Below are positions 21,322 through 31,579 of a stretch of 64,000 nucleotides of DNA, one piece after another. The stretch is from Bifidobacterium breve (GTDB lineage: Bacteria; Bacteroidota; Bacteroidia; AKYH767-A; OLB10), in contig CALQEU020000020.1 of the NCBI GenBank assembly GCA_943329665.2, forward strand, positions 584 to 64,583. Reading direction: 5' to 3'. Position 1 is the first letter of the stretch. The number at the start of each line of letters is the position of its first letter. The notes under the pieces were generated by a model. It worked only from the letters and a program-made list of their open reading frames with translations. It was not told the origin of the DNA and did no database searches. The translations under genes were made by a program, and so were the position numbers.

Positions 21322-24300
21322 ATGGAAAAAATTTACCACCGCTTAATCTTTAAAATTGCTACACTTTTATTTCTAGCTCCTCAATTTGTGAGTGCTCAAT
21401 CGGATTTTCGGACTATTACATCTGGTGATTGGGAGCTTGCTAGCACATGGGAAGTATTTAATGGTGCCACCTGGGTCCCTGCGGTAGCCGCACCAACATC
21501 AGCGGATGGCGTTATTACCATACGCAATACGCATACTATTGCTGTAAACGGTTCCTTAACTATTGATCAAACTGTAATCGAAGGGGGCGGCTACGTTAAT
21601 TTTTACTCTGGCAACTTAACTGTGGCCAATGGTTCAGGTATTGATTTGGTGATTAATGGTGCTTTAGTATGGTCGGCAGGCCTAGCAGGAACAATGGATG
21701 TACAGAGCGGAGCCGAAGTGGGCGGAAGCGCTGATTTCAGTTTCGAAGGAACGACCTTAATCAACAACGGATCTTTCACCGGTGGAACTTTAGGGTTTTC
21801 CGGCGGGGCCTCGGGTCAGAACCTTAACGGCACGGGAACTATCAATAGTTTATTAATGTTTAATTCCAACGGTGTTACTCTGGGCGGCGACCAAACGATT
21901 ACCAGCTTATTGAACTTTAGCAATGGCCGAATTATTACAGGTCCAAATAAAATAATTATTGGATCAGCAGGGAACATTCAAAACAATGCTTACCCACCTA
22001 TGTATGTGGAAGGAAATCTACAAATCAATTTTCCGGTCGGTGGATTTGGTTTAACCTATCACATTGGTGACGCCACCGGTTACAGACCCGTACAACTAAG
22101 TGTTACAGGAAATACAGGCGTCGGTGGCTTTATCGTTTCTACTGCCAATACAGATCACCCGAATATTGCTACATCCAACATTGATCCTTCAAAAAACGTA
22201 GAAAGAACCTGGACGATCACGAATAACGGAGCAAGCTTTTCTACCGCTTTTGCTACTTTCAACTGGGTTGCAGCCGAACTTGATGGTTTAGCAAACACCG
22301 GTAATTTTATTGCTGGAAAATACGATGGATCATCCTGGACCTATCCCGGAGTCACAAGTAATACATCAACATCTATTTCTATTTCAGGGCTTACCTCCTT
22401 CAGCAGTTTTGCAGTTGGTGAAGCCTTGCCGCCTCCCACACTTGATGTCACGGGAGCATTTGGGCCTTTTTGCTCGAACGATCTTTTTTCTATCCCGTTT
22501 ACCGTAACCAGCGCGTATAATACCGGAAATATTTTTACGGCCTATTTAAGTGATGAATTTGGAAGCTTTGGTTTACAAAACGCTATTGGATCCGTTGCAG
22601 GTACAACTTCGGGGACAATTAATGCCACTCTTCCTCCTTTTATTTCTGGTACTGGTTATCGAATTCGAATCGTTAGTGACAACCCTTTATTTACCAGTAA
22701 CGATAATGGATCAGATATCATCATCAATTCGCTCATTGATTATTATGCAGATGCTGATGAAGATGGATTTGGAGATCCTTTAGTGATTCAATCTTCTTGT
22801 ATTGGTGCTCCTAGCGGATATCTATTGGATAATACGGATTGTGATGATTCAAATACTTCAGTAAATCCGGGAGCTACGGAAATTTGCTTGAATGGATTAG
22901 ATGATAATTGCGATAATTTTATTGATAATACAGGACTCCAATTTCCTCCAATGATTACTTATAATGGGAGCTTAACACTTCCTACCTGTACAACAGGAAG
23001 TATATATTTAGGTGTAGCCGAGGTTGCCGATTTAAGGTATGGAACTAGCGTTATCAACTTTAGCAGTGAATATTCTCCTATTAGCTGGTCGGCGCAAGCT
23101 ATTTTAGGCGCACCTAATGTACTTGTATACAGTGACGATCCTAATGCTTGGTCAGGGGCGGCTGCAAATAGCTCCCGAGAATTTATTGAGATTGCTTTTG
23201 ACAATCCAGCTCCTATTAACTTTATTAATATCCATCAAACTTTTACTCCGGGGAGTATCGACACCGTATATATCAAAAATCCAAACACACAATTATTCGA
23301 AGTTGTTTATACGAACACAGCGGGACCACAAGAAGGAGTACTCACTGTATTAAATATTACTTTCCCTACAACTGCCTTTAATGTATCGGAAGTAAGATTA
23401 GCATTAAATACACCCGCTGCACCGGGATGGAATGAAATTGACGCAGTAGGTATCGGATTATCTGCTCCAATAACCTTTGACTCGTATTCATGGTCAACTG
23501 GATCTTCTTCGAGTACAATTTCTGTTAATACACCTTCTGATTATTCAGTTGCAGTTTCTTTAAATGGCTGCAATGCTACCAGCAATTCCGTTTCTGTTAC
23601 CAATCCTGTTTTAATTGCTGGAAGTCAAGGAATAGTAAATGCTTGTGCTGGATCTTCCACCTTATTATATGCAAGTCCCAATTTTGCATCTTATTCTTGG
23701 AGTAACGGAGAAACCACACAAGTTGCAACCATTAACCCATCATCGAATATAATTTATTATGTCACGGCAACGGATGGGTATGGATGTACTTATCTAGACT
23801 CAGTTGAAGTTTTTATTAGCGTTCCATTTATATTTTATAACTTAATCATCACTGATATTAATTGTAGCGGTCAAACTGGAGGTTCTGTTGATGCTGGGTT
23901 TTATGAAGGTGGTGGTGGCGGTGGAGGAGCATTGGTTGGCAACGGAGGAAACACTGAAAGCATTTACGACATTTTCAATTTGTATGGTCCCAATTATAGT
24001 CAAGGAAATAACACTGGAATATTCAGTGGGCTATCCGCTGGTGTTTACACATTAATAAGGAATGAAAATGGTTGTATTTACGATACTACATTTTCTATTT
24101 TGCAAGATTCTTTGCCGTTAATTGATATTACATCTTCAAGTTTACTATGTCCTGATTTAGGTTCAACTAATTTATCCGTTGACTCCATACCGGGTGCCAC
24201 TTACTTATGGTCTCCAGGAAACGAAACCACAAGTACAATTGCTATTACAACACCGGGAACCTATTATGTAGAAGTTTTATATGAATCATGTTCAGCAACT

Positions 24301-27300
24301 GATTCTATCGTGATTGTTCTTGAAACTTTACCTTGTATCACTCCAGGTTATGAACCACCTGCCAATGGAGCAGTTCCCAATTTAATTGGGTCTGAACTTT
24401 TCCAGTTAGCCAATGGAATTAATGTAGCCGACACCATTACAGAAAACAATACTGTTTTCTTATTAGACAGTACACAAGTATTCATTGAAATCATAACAGA
24501 ATTTGGAAAACATGACAGTGCATTAGCATTATTGCAAACACCAAATTATGGAATGAATAGTTTCATTGACAATGGAGATACTACCTTTATTATCACTGGA
24601 AAAATTCCAATTTCTAATTTATCAAAATTAGATTCGCTGCCAACTTTAATCAATTATGTAAGACCATACTATCCGCCACTCGTAAGTAGTCAAGCTGTCG
24701 TTAACTCGATTAACACGGGATTGACCAAAACACAAGGAGATAGAGCGATGCGTTCGGACACGGCTAGTTTAGCTTGGGACGTATATGGTGATGGAATTAA
24801 AATTGGAGTAATTTCTGATAGTTACAATACACTTTTTGGAGATCCTGCAGGCACAGATTTATTGAACGGAGATCTTCCAGGAGTAGGAAATCCTAATTTT
24901 ACTACACCAGTAGAAATAGTAGAAGAATATCCTTATGGAAGAAGAACAGATGAAGGTCGAGCGATGTTGCAAATCATACATGATATTGCACCTAAAGCAA
25001 CCTTAGCATTTCATACTGGATTTGTGAGTGCAGGAAATTTTGCGGAGGGAATTGTTGCTTTAGATAGTATTGGATGTGATATTATTGTTGATGATGTAAC
25101 TTATATTACTGAACCTTTCTTTGATGATGGTGTTGTTTCTAAAGCAGTAGATAAAGTGGTAGCTAATGGCACCACGTATATTTCTGCAGCAGGTAATTTT
25201 GGTACTGCATCATATGAAGGAGTATTCGCGCCCACTGCAGCACCTGCAGGATATGTAGGAACTGCACATAATTTTGGAGGTGGCGACATCTATCAAAATA
25301 TCAATTTTAAAGCAGGTACTTATACTATCGTACTACAATGGCAAGATTCGATTTACTCATTAGGACAACTTCCGGGTGTAGTAAACGATTTAGATATTTA
25401 TTTAATTGATAATGCCGGAAATCGCTTATTCGGATTCAACAGAAATAATATTTGGGGTGATCCATTAGAAATTCTTCCGTTTGTGGTGAGTGGAAACACG
25501 AATGCAAATATTATGATCACACGTAAATGGGGATCACAAAATGTTAAATTCAAATATGTGATTTTCCGTGGAGATGCAACGATCAATGAATATGCAAATG
25601 GAGGAAGTACTATCGTTGGACATCCTAATGCAGAAGGCGCCATTGCAGTTGGTGCTGTATTGTATACAAACACACCTGCATTTGGTGTTAGTCAACCATC
25701 AGCAGCTTCATTCTCTTCAAGAGGGGGCACTGAAGTAAAAGGAGCCGTGAGACAAAAGCCGGATATTATGGCTCCAAATGGTGTCAACACTACCGTTTAC
25801 TTAGGAGGACAGAATATTGATGGGGATTTATTCCCGAATTTCTTTGGGACATCGGCTGCGGCACCGCATATCGCAGCGGTAGCCGGATTGCTTCAAGAAG
25901 CAAATAAGAAATTCTCAGGTGTAGAACTTACTCCAGCACAAATGAAATCGACTTTACTGAATACTACTTTGAATATGTACGATCCAGGATATGATGTAAT
26001 TTCTGGATATGGATTTGTACAACCTGACTCTGCATTAAAAACGTTAGGCCGCCCACAACCCATTGCACTCGATAGATACTTGCAAGACTCTTTATTTGCG
26101 CCGGGCATAGATACGGTAGAAGTATTAGTTGTAGGGAAGTTCATTAGTGACAACGCAAAAGTTATTTTTAGATATGACACATTACCTGCGACTGTCATTA
26201 ATCAAGGGTTACTCAGTGTAATTATTCCACCATTCGTAGGAAATCCACCATTAAGAATTTACAATCCGCCTGCTTCTCTTACAGAATTGGATGGAGGTGC
26301 TTCTGGGGATAGTTTATATTTACTGGGAACACAAGCTATCAATGTCGTGATCACCGCATCAAATGCAACCAAGAAATATGGCGAGCAATTACCCGCATTT
26401 AGTGCTACCGTTACTATTGATGGACAGGATCTTTCCAACACTTCACTTACCCTTGCAGATTTGGGTCTAGAAAACAATAATATTACATTTACTAGCTCAG
26501 CAACCAGTGGCAGTAATACTGGATTGTATTTTATCCGTCCTGCTTCTGATGTGACGAATTTATCATTACCAGGGTCACAAATCTTGGCTGCTACCTACAA
26601 CTATCAGTTTGATGATGGTGTATTATCTGTACAAAAAATGCCATTGGTGATAAAACCCAACGATACAACCATCACCTATGGAGATGTAATTGAAAATTTA
26701 AACTTTACTTATACTTATCCGGATGGCATGATCACGCTTATGGAGAAAGTAGCTTTTGCCAATGAAATTAAAGCGGCTCACGAACTTGATTTAGCCAGCG
26801 AGGTTGCCTTAGTTGATGCAAGAGCGTTAGTAAATGGAAGAGCATTAGTAAATGCGGATATCGATCAATTAAGTTGCATGGCTAGTGCACGAGCTTTAGT
26901 GAATGCTAGAGCCCTTGTTAATGCAAGAGCCTTAGTAAATGGATCTTATGTTTTAGATACAAGTCATGTTGTAGATGTTGCGGTAGCTTCTGTTTTCAAT
27001 TACCAAGATGATAACGACACAACCGTTTTAGTTAATGCACGAGCGTTAGTTAATGCAAGAGCCTTAGTAAATGCAAGAGCCTTGGTGAATGGAAGAGCAT
27101 TGGTAAATGGAAGAGCGCTTGTTAATGCAAGAGCATTAGTAAACGGCAGAGCCTTAGTAAATGGCGAAACGGTTGCCGATGAAAATGACGAAGACATGTT
27201 TATCATTATTGATGAAGATGATATTTCAGCACCTATTGACGATTCACTCACTTTCAATTCAATCAATTTAATCACTGGAATGGAAGTAGGAGTGCATTCT

Positions 27301-29007
27301 ATTGTTCCCGGTGCATTACTTAATGAAAACTTCGACATCAGTTACGAATTAGGCACACTTACGATTGTTCCAGCAGAATTAATTGTTAAAGCAGATGATC
27401 AATTTGCTTCATGCGATGGAATTGCAGATCCGTTTACTTATACGCTCAATGGATATCGCTACCACGATGCCGATAGTAATTTGGTGATTTCAGGTCCACA
27501 ATATGTTTTATTAAATGACCTCAACAACCCGGTACCTACTACTGGAATCGCAACGGGCATTTATTCAATTGTACCTTCTAATTTATCTATGGTAATTCCA
27601 TCTAACTATGTACTTAGTTATACTGATGGAGAATTAATCAGTGGATCCTCTCCGCTCGTTAGCATTACACCGGCTCCCGTTTCCATCTCAGGAGGTGTTG
27701 CGCAAGGTTGTATTCCGGGAGTTGCAGGATCGAGATCGTTTAGTATTCCTTCTATCCCAGAGGCCGACTCTTATTTGTGGACGGTTCCGAATGGATGTAC
27801 CATTACATCTGGACAAGGAACTAACTCTATTGTTGTAAACTGGACCAATGTAGCTATACAAAATGGAATAAGCGGAAATGTTTGTGTGAAGGGAGTAGAC
27901 TCTTGTGCAGAAAGCAATTTTGCATGTATACCACTCGAGTTTCAAGTGGCAGCCCCTGTAACACCACCTTCTATTTCTGGTCCAAGTAAAAATTGTTCTG
28001 GTGATGTTTCTACGTATAGCATTGCGAATGTAGCAAGAGCATCTAGCTATGTTTGGAGTACGCCTACAGGTGTACAAATTATAAGTGGACAAGGAACAAA
28101 TATTATAACGGTTCAAATTTTATCCAATTATGCGGGTGGAACATTAACCGTGAAAGGATCCAATATTTGTGGACTTAGTCCTCTACGTTCGAAGACACTT
28201 ACCTTAAATGTTCCTTCGGCACCGAGTGTCATATCAGGAGCAGCTTCTGGTTTATGCAATTTAAGTGATGTTGTTTACACCATCACTCCAATTATTGGAG
28301 CTACTTCTTATAACTGGAATGCTGGAGCCGGAACTATTGTTTCGGGAGCAGGAACCCATTCTATACATGTAAATTTTGGTAATTTTACGACAAGTACTAT
28401 TTCCGTAAAAGCAGTAAACACTTGTGGAGAAAGCACCACTCGTATTTTGAATATTACAGGAAAACCTGCCATTGCGAGTCCTATTTCAGGTATCAGCAAT
28501 TTAATTTGCACTAATAGTGTCGGTAATTATAGTGTTGCCACGGTAACAGGTGCATCCAACTACAACTGGACAACTTCCACAGGAGGAAGTGTAACTGGTG
28601 GACAAGGCACTAAAAACGTAACCGTACAATGGTTAAATGTTGCCTTTGTAAATCAAAGTGTATCTGTAACCACATCGAATAGCTGTGGAACAAGTCCAAT
28701 TAGGACTTATGCTGGAATCACGATGTACAATTGTGCTAAGATAGATGATGCTACAAGTTTGCAATTATTGGTTTATCCAAATCCTGCTCAAGAAATTGTT
28801 AATGTACAATTCTTTGGGGAAGCCGAGGGAGAATACATCATACGTTTAATTGATAACATCGGACGCACTTTAATAACTAAAACCGGAAATGCAACCAATG
28901 GTGTGAATACAGCATTAGTAAATACAGATGGACTTGCGAAGGGAGTTTATCATGTGAGTATTGTGATGAATGAAAAACAACAGCAGATTATCTTGTTGAA
29001 AGATTAA
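21322..29007 (+). CDS. Giant (2561 aa) T9SS-secreted mosaic protein with an embedded subtilisin-like (S8) protease domain
   Basis: Signal peptide. Cys/Asp-rich metal-binding-type motif DCDDSNTSVNPGATEICLNGLDDNCDNFID. SprB-like repeat ITDINCSGQTGGSVDAG. S8 motifs GIKIGVISDSYN (Asp, ~24817) and FFGTSAAAPHIAAVAGLL (Ser, ~25852). MBG-like KKYGEQLPAF modules. (A/G)RALVN array. Five Ig/PKD-like modules (C..Y....V.GA.SY.W....G..I.SGQGT..I.V.W). Por tail VYPNPAQEIVNVQF...GVYHVSIV. Confidence 0.85.
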   Translation: MEKIYHRLIFKIATLLFLAPQFVSAQSDFRTITSGDWELASTWEVFNGATWVPAVAAPTSADGVITIRNTHTIAVNGSLTIDQTVIEGGGYVNFYSGNLTVANGSGIDLVINGALVWSAGLAGTMDVQSGAEVGGSADFSFEGTTLINNGSFTGGTLGFSGGASGQNLNGTGTINSLLMFNSNGVTLGGDQTITSLLNFSNGRIITGPNKIIIGSAGNIQNNAYPPMYVEGNLQINFPVGGFGLTYHIGDATGYRPVQLSVTGNTGVGGFIVSTANTDHPNIATSNIDPSKNVERTWTITNNGASFSTAFATFNWVAAELDGLANTGNFIAGKYDGSSWTYPGVTSNTSTSISISGLTSFSSFAVGEALPPPTLDVTGAFGPFCSNDLFSIPFTVTSAYNTGNIFTAYLSDEFGSFGLQNAIGSVAGTTSGTINATLPPFISGTGYRIRIVSDNPLFTSNDNGSDIIINSLIDYYADADEDGFGDPLVIQSSCIGAPSGYLLDNTDCDDSNTSVNPGATEICLNGLDDNCDNFIDNTGLQFPPMITYNGSLTLPTCTTGSIYLGVAEVADLRYGTSVINFSSEYSPISWSAQAILGAPNVLVYSDDPNAWSGAAANSSREFIEIAFDNPAPINFINIHQTFTPGSIDTVYIKNPNTQLFEVVYTNTAGPQEGVLTVLNITFPTTAFNVSEVRLALNTPAAPGWNEIDAVGIGLSAPITFDSYSWSTGSSSSTISVNTPSDYSVAVSLNGCNATSNSVSVTNPVLIAGSQGIVNACAGSSTLLYASPNFASYSWSNGETTQVATINPSSNIIYYVTATDGYGCTYLDSVEVFISVPFIFYNLIITDINCSGQTGGSVDAGFYEGGGGGGGALVGNGGNTESIYDIFNLYGPNYSQGNNTGIFSGLSAGVYTLIRNENGCIYDTTFSILQDSLPLIDITSSSLLCPDLGSTNLSVDSIPGATYLWSPGNETTSTIAITTPGTYYVEVLYESCSATDSIVIVLETLPCITPGYEPPANGAVPNLIGSELFQLANGINVADTITENNTVFLLDSTQVFIEIITEFGKHDSALALLQTPNYGMNSFIDNGDTTFIITGKIPISNLSKLDSLPTLINYVRPYYPPLVSSQAVVNSINTGLTKTQGDRAMRSDTASLAWDVYGDGIKIGVISDSYNTLFGDPAGTDLLNGDLPGVGNPNFTTPVEIVEEYPYGRRTDEGRAMLQIIHDIAPKATLAFHTGFVSAGNFAEGIVALDSIGCDIIVDDVTYITEPFFDDGVVSKAVDKVVANGTTYISAAGNFGTASYEGVFAPTAAPAGYVGTAHNFGGGDIYQNINFKAGTYTIVLQWQDSIYSLGQLPGVVNDLDIYLIDNAGNRLFGFNRNNIWGDPLEILPFVVSGNTNANIMITRKWGSQNVKFKYVIFRGDATINEYANGGSTIVGHPNAEGAIAVGAVLYTNTPAFGVSQPSAASFSSRGGTEVKGAVRQKPDIMAPNGVNTTVYLGGQNIDGDLFPNFFGTSAAAPHIAAVAGLLQEANKKFSGVELTPAQMKSTLLNTTLNMYDPGYDVISGYGFVQPDSALKTLGRPQPIALDRYLQDSLFAPGIDTVEVLVVGKFISDNAKVIFRYDTLPATVINQGLLSVIIPPFVGNPPLRIYNPPASLTELDGGASGDSLYLLGTQAINVVITASNATKKYGEQLPAFSATVTIDGQDLSNTSLTLADLGLENNNITFTSSATSGSNTGLYFIRPASDVTNLSLPGSQILAATYNYQFDDGVLSVQKMPLVIKPNDTTITYGDVIENLNFTYTYPDGMITLMEKVAFANEIKAAHELDLASEVALVDARALVNGRALVNADIDQLSCMASARALVNARALVNARALVNGSYVLDTSHVVDVAVASVFNYQDDNDTTVLVNARALVNARALVNARALVNGRALVNGRALVNARALVNGRALVNGETVADENDEDMFIIIDEDDISAPIDDSLTFNSINLITGMEVGVHSIVPGALLNENFDISYELGTLTIVPAELIVKADDQFASCDGIADPFTYTLNGYRYHDADSNLVISGPQYVLLNDLNNPVPTTGIATGIYSIVPSNLSMVIPSNYVLSYTDGELISGSSPLVSITPAPVSISGGVAQGCIPGVAGSRSFSIPSIPEADSYLWTVPNGCTITSGQGTNSIVVNWTNVAIQNGISGNVCVKGVDSCAESNFACIPLEFQVAAPVTPPSISGPSKNCSGDVSTYSIANVARASSYVWSTPTGVQIISGQGTNIITVQILSNYAGGTLTVKGSNICGLSPLRSKTLTLNVPSAPSVISGAASGLCNLSDVVYTITPIIGATSYNWNAGAGTIVSGAGTHSIHVNFGNFTTSTISVKAVNTCGESTTRILNITGKPAIASPISGISNLICTNSVGNYSVATVTGASNYNWTTSTGGSVTGGQGTKNVTVQWLNVAFVNQSVSVTTSNSCGTSPIRTYAGITMYNCAKIDDATSLQLLVYPNPAQEIVNVQFFGEAEGEYIIRLIDNIGRTLITKTGNATNGVNTALVNTDGLAKGVYHVSIVMNEKQQQIILLKD
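26818..27162 (+). repeat. In-frame 18-bp / hexapeptide (A/G)RALVN repeats in three blocks (2 + 3 + 7 copies)
   Basis: The blocks are at 26818-26853, 26887-26940 and 27037-27162. The peptide is identical between copies while many third codon positions differ. Confidence 0.9.
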
Positions 29008-29023
29008 CACTAATTAAGAATTA

Positions 29024-29063
29024 AGCCCTGAAGCAGAGTAAACACGCTTCAGGGCTTTTTTTG
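29024..29063. terminator. Bidirectional intrinsic terminator between convergent genes
   Basis: 11-bp stem AGCCCTGAAGC / GCTTCAGGGCT followed by TTTTTTT on the plus strand. Confidence 0.8.
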
Positions 29064-29068
29064 TGGAT

Positions 29069-29971
29069 TTATTTTTTCCAGGCTTGCACGGCTCGATCAT
29101 CACCTGCAGAAAGCAAGGTGCCGTCTTCTAGCCAGAGTAATTTATTTACTGAGTTAATATGACCCTTTCCATCGTTACCTTCCAATCTTTCTAAAACAGA
29201 TAATGAATTGTAATCCCAAATCTTTACCGATTTATCTCTGCTTGCTGTAGCAAAATAATTTCCAGTGGGATCAAATGCTATATCATAGATGGCGTAATTG
29301 TGTGCAGGAATAGATGAAATCAACTCATAATTATCCAGCTGAAAAATATTTAAATGTGCATCGCGCGATCCGCTAAATAATTTTGTTTCATCAGGAGAAA
29401 AAGAAAGGGCATTCACAGAAAAATCGATGCCGTGTGCTTGAAAACGATGAGTAATTTCCAGAGATGGGATTGACAATTCTACGATACTACCATCTCCACA
29501 ACCAATGAAAGCTTTATCTTGATTTTGATTAATTATAATCGCTCTTAATTTTTTTTCACTGAGCCGAATACGTTGTAACACTTCAAGCGTTTGCAAATTC
29601 AACACACATACAATTCCATCTCCACCCAAAGTAAAAAGTAAATTATGCTTAGTACTTTGTAAAATAGAAAAAGCAGCTTGATCGTGCAACTTCAACAATC
29701 GTTCTTCTTTGTTTTCTGATAAATCAATGATATGCACACCACCGCTACCTTGACCAATGAGCAATCGATTTTGTTCTGGTAAAAAATGCATGCAATAAAT
29801 AGAATCGGTTGTTTTTGCAATTAGAGTCCCATCACCTGTATGATTGATGTCCCATTGAGCTACAATCTTATCCCCTGCACCGCTATAAAATACACCCGCA
29901 TCTTGTCCTTTTACAAGCGCATAAATAGAACCCTGATGACCGGTAAATCGATGTTGAAACTGTAATTTCAT
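29069..29971 (-). CDS. WD40-repeat (beta-propeller) protein
   Basis: About 7 repeats of ~40 aa with the G-H...D..[VI].[VIL]W[DK] pattern (e.g. SRDKSVKIWD, GDDRAVQAWK). No signal peptide. Confidence 0.75.
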   Translation of the reverse strand: MKLQFQHRFTGHQGSIYALVKGQDAGVFYSGAGDKIVAQWDINHTGDGTLIAKTTDSIYCMHFLPEQNRLLIGQGSGGVHIIDLSENKEERLLKLHDQAAFSILQSTKHNLLFTLGGDGIVCVLNLQTLEVLQRIRLSEKKLRAIIINQNQDKAFIGCGDGSIVELSIPSLEITHRFQAHGIDFSVNALSFSPDETKLFSGSRDAHLNIFQLDNYELISSIPAHNYAIYDIAFDPTGNYFATASRDKSVKIWDYNSLSVLERLEGNDGKGHINSVNKLLWLEDGTLLSAGDDRAVQAWKK

Positions 29972-30134
29972 AGGCGCAAAAGTAAAGGAAATTAATCATC
30001 AGATAGGCAATTTACATCGTATTCGCAGAGAAACACAAAACAAGTGACGTATTAGTCCATTTCGCTTTATACATCAGAAAAGAAACATTTAGATTAGAGT
30101 AACATACATTACATAGTTCCAAGAATAGATTTTA

Positions 30135-30142
30135 TAGATTTG
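30135..30142 (+). promoter_or_regulatory. -7 promoter box TAGATTTG
   Basis: Matches TAnnTTTG. It ends 4 nt before the ATG at 30147, which implies a very short or absent leader. Confidence 0.5.
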
Positions 30143-30146
30143 CAGA

Positions 30147-31007
30147 ATGAAGCCTGATGTAAAAAATATAATTAGCAGTTTCATTCCGGGGACGATCTTC
30201 ATTGGACTTTTAAGTCTGATTAAGTATTATGAAGTTTCACAACAGGTAAGCTTTTCTACGTACGGTGTTTTCCCGCGGTCGTTAGATGAGATAACGGGCA
30301 TTTTAACTTTTCCGTTAATACATAAAGACTACGATCATCTTTTCTCTAATGCGGTACCGTTATTTGTATTGATGGGAATGTTAAATTATTTCTACAAGGA
30401 CATGGCTGGCAAAGTATTTTTCTATTTATGGCTCATTGGTGGAGCGTGGCTTTGGATAGGTGGTCGACCATCTTTTCATATTGGTGCCAGCGGATTGGTG
30501 TATGGATTAGCTTCCTTTATTTTTTTTAGTGGGATCTGGAGAAAGTGGAGAAGTATGTTAGCGGTGAGTATGATTGTTGTTTTTCTATATGGAAGTATGA
30601 TTTGGGGAATTTTTCCATGGTTCAAAGAAACGAGTTGGGAAGGGCATTTGTTTGGTGGATTGGCAGGGTTGTTATTATCGTGGCTGTATAGGAAAGAGGG
30701 ACCACAAAGGCCAAAATTTGTGTGGGAAGATGAGATTGAGGATAGTAAAATTTATGATGAGGAGGGGAATGAAATTGATTTGAAGATGGATGATAATTTG
30801 AAGGTGGATCAATTTGAAAATTTGAAAATGAGGGAGGAGGTGGAAGTTGAGAAACTTCGCAATGAAATGAATGATGATGCTCCTAAAACAGAACCCTTTC
30901 CACAAATTATATATACTTATGTGGATAAGAATACTAATGAGAACCTACCTTCGCAAGAGCTTCGGCAGGCAGGCGCTGATGACACGGATGAAAATATCCT
31001 TCGCTAA
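30147..31007 (+). CDS. Rhomboid-family intramembrane serine protease with acidic C-terminal tail
   Basis: Multi-pass TM protein. Catalytic GASGLVYGL (GxSG) and WEGHLFGGLAGLL (His) motifs. Confidence 0.8.
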   Translation: MKPDVKNIISSFIPGTIFIGLLSLIKYYEVSQQVSFSTYGVFPRSLDEITGILTFPLIHKDYDHLFSNAVPLFVLMGMLNYFYKDMAGKVFFYLWLIGGAWLWIGGRPSFHIGASGLVYGLASFIFFSGIWRKWRSMLAVSMIVVFLYGSMIWGIFPWFKETSWEGHLFGGLAGLLLSWLYRKEGPQRPKFVWEDEIEDSKIYDEEGNEIDLKMDDNLKVDQFENLKMREEVEVEKLRNEMNDDAPKTEPFPQIIYTYVDKNTNENLPSQELRQAGADDTDENILR

Positions 31008-31146
31008 AGTTCCGGATATCAAAGCGGATAAAATAGGATAGCTCATACCCTAATCTAATTCTATCTTCTTAAGAAATTACTTTACTTAAACCTTTTTCAA
31101 TTAAATAGCAGAGATTATTAAAATCAAATTACGTTAATAAATATTA

Positions 31147-31154
31147 TAAATTTG
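31147..31154 (+). promoter_or_regulatory. -7 promoter box TAAATTTG
   Basis: Matches TAnnTTTG. It ends 4 nt before the ATG at 31159. Confidence 0.5.
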
Positions 31155-31158
31155 CGGT

Positions 31159-31560
31159 ATGAATAAAATTGAGCATATCGGCATTGCAGTGAAATCACTT
31201 TCTGAATCCAATGAACTTTTCAAAAAGCTATTCAATGTTCCCCATTATAAAATTGAAGAGGTAGAATCGGAAGGAGTAAAAACTTCTTTTTTTCAAGTGG
31301 GTCCGAATAAGATTGAGTTATTGGAAGCTACATCTCCTGATAGTCCGATTGCTAAATTCATTGATAAAAAAGGAGAAGGGATGCATCACATCGCCATTGA
31401 TGTTGAAGATATTTTAGCGGAGATGAAAAGATTGGAAGGAGAAGGATTTATTTTATTAAACAAAGAGCCCAAAGTGGGCGCCGACAATAAACTCATTTGT
31501 TTTTTACATCCGAAAAGTACGAATGGAGTTTTGGTGGAGTTGTGTCAGGAAAAACATTGA
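31159..31560 (+). CDS. mce: Methylmalonyl-CoA epimerase (VOC/glyoxalase fold)
   Basis: IEHIGIAV, GEGMHHIAIDVEDI, FLHPKSTNGVLVELCQ. Length is 133 aa. Confidence 0.85.
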   Translation: MNKIEHIGIAVKSLSESNELFKKLFNVPHYKIEEVESEGVKTSFFQVGPNKIELLEATSPDSPIAKFIDKKGEGMHHIAIDVEDILAEMKRLEGEGFILLNKEPKVGADNKLICFLHPKSTNGVLVELCQEKH

Positions 31561-31579
31561 ACTCGTCGCTGGCGAATAT

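Noticed and set aside
27000-27338. 112-aa antisense ORF opposite the hexapeptide array (KALPFTNALALTSALPFTNAL...)
   Set aside because: It is a mirror-image product of the repeat on the coding strand. It lies entirely inside a strongly supported 2561-aa ORF.
27688-28116. 142-aa antisense ORF inside the giant gene
   Set aside because: It is Arg/Cys/Asn-rich with no motif, and it is fully embedded antisense to the well-supported Ig/PKD-like modules.
21322-29007. Diversity-generating retroelement target (variable or template repeats) in the giant adhesin
   Set aside because: There is no reverse transcriptase gene nearby, and I saw no pair of ~100-bp near-identical repeats differing at adenines. 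The internal repeats are diverged domain modules.
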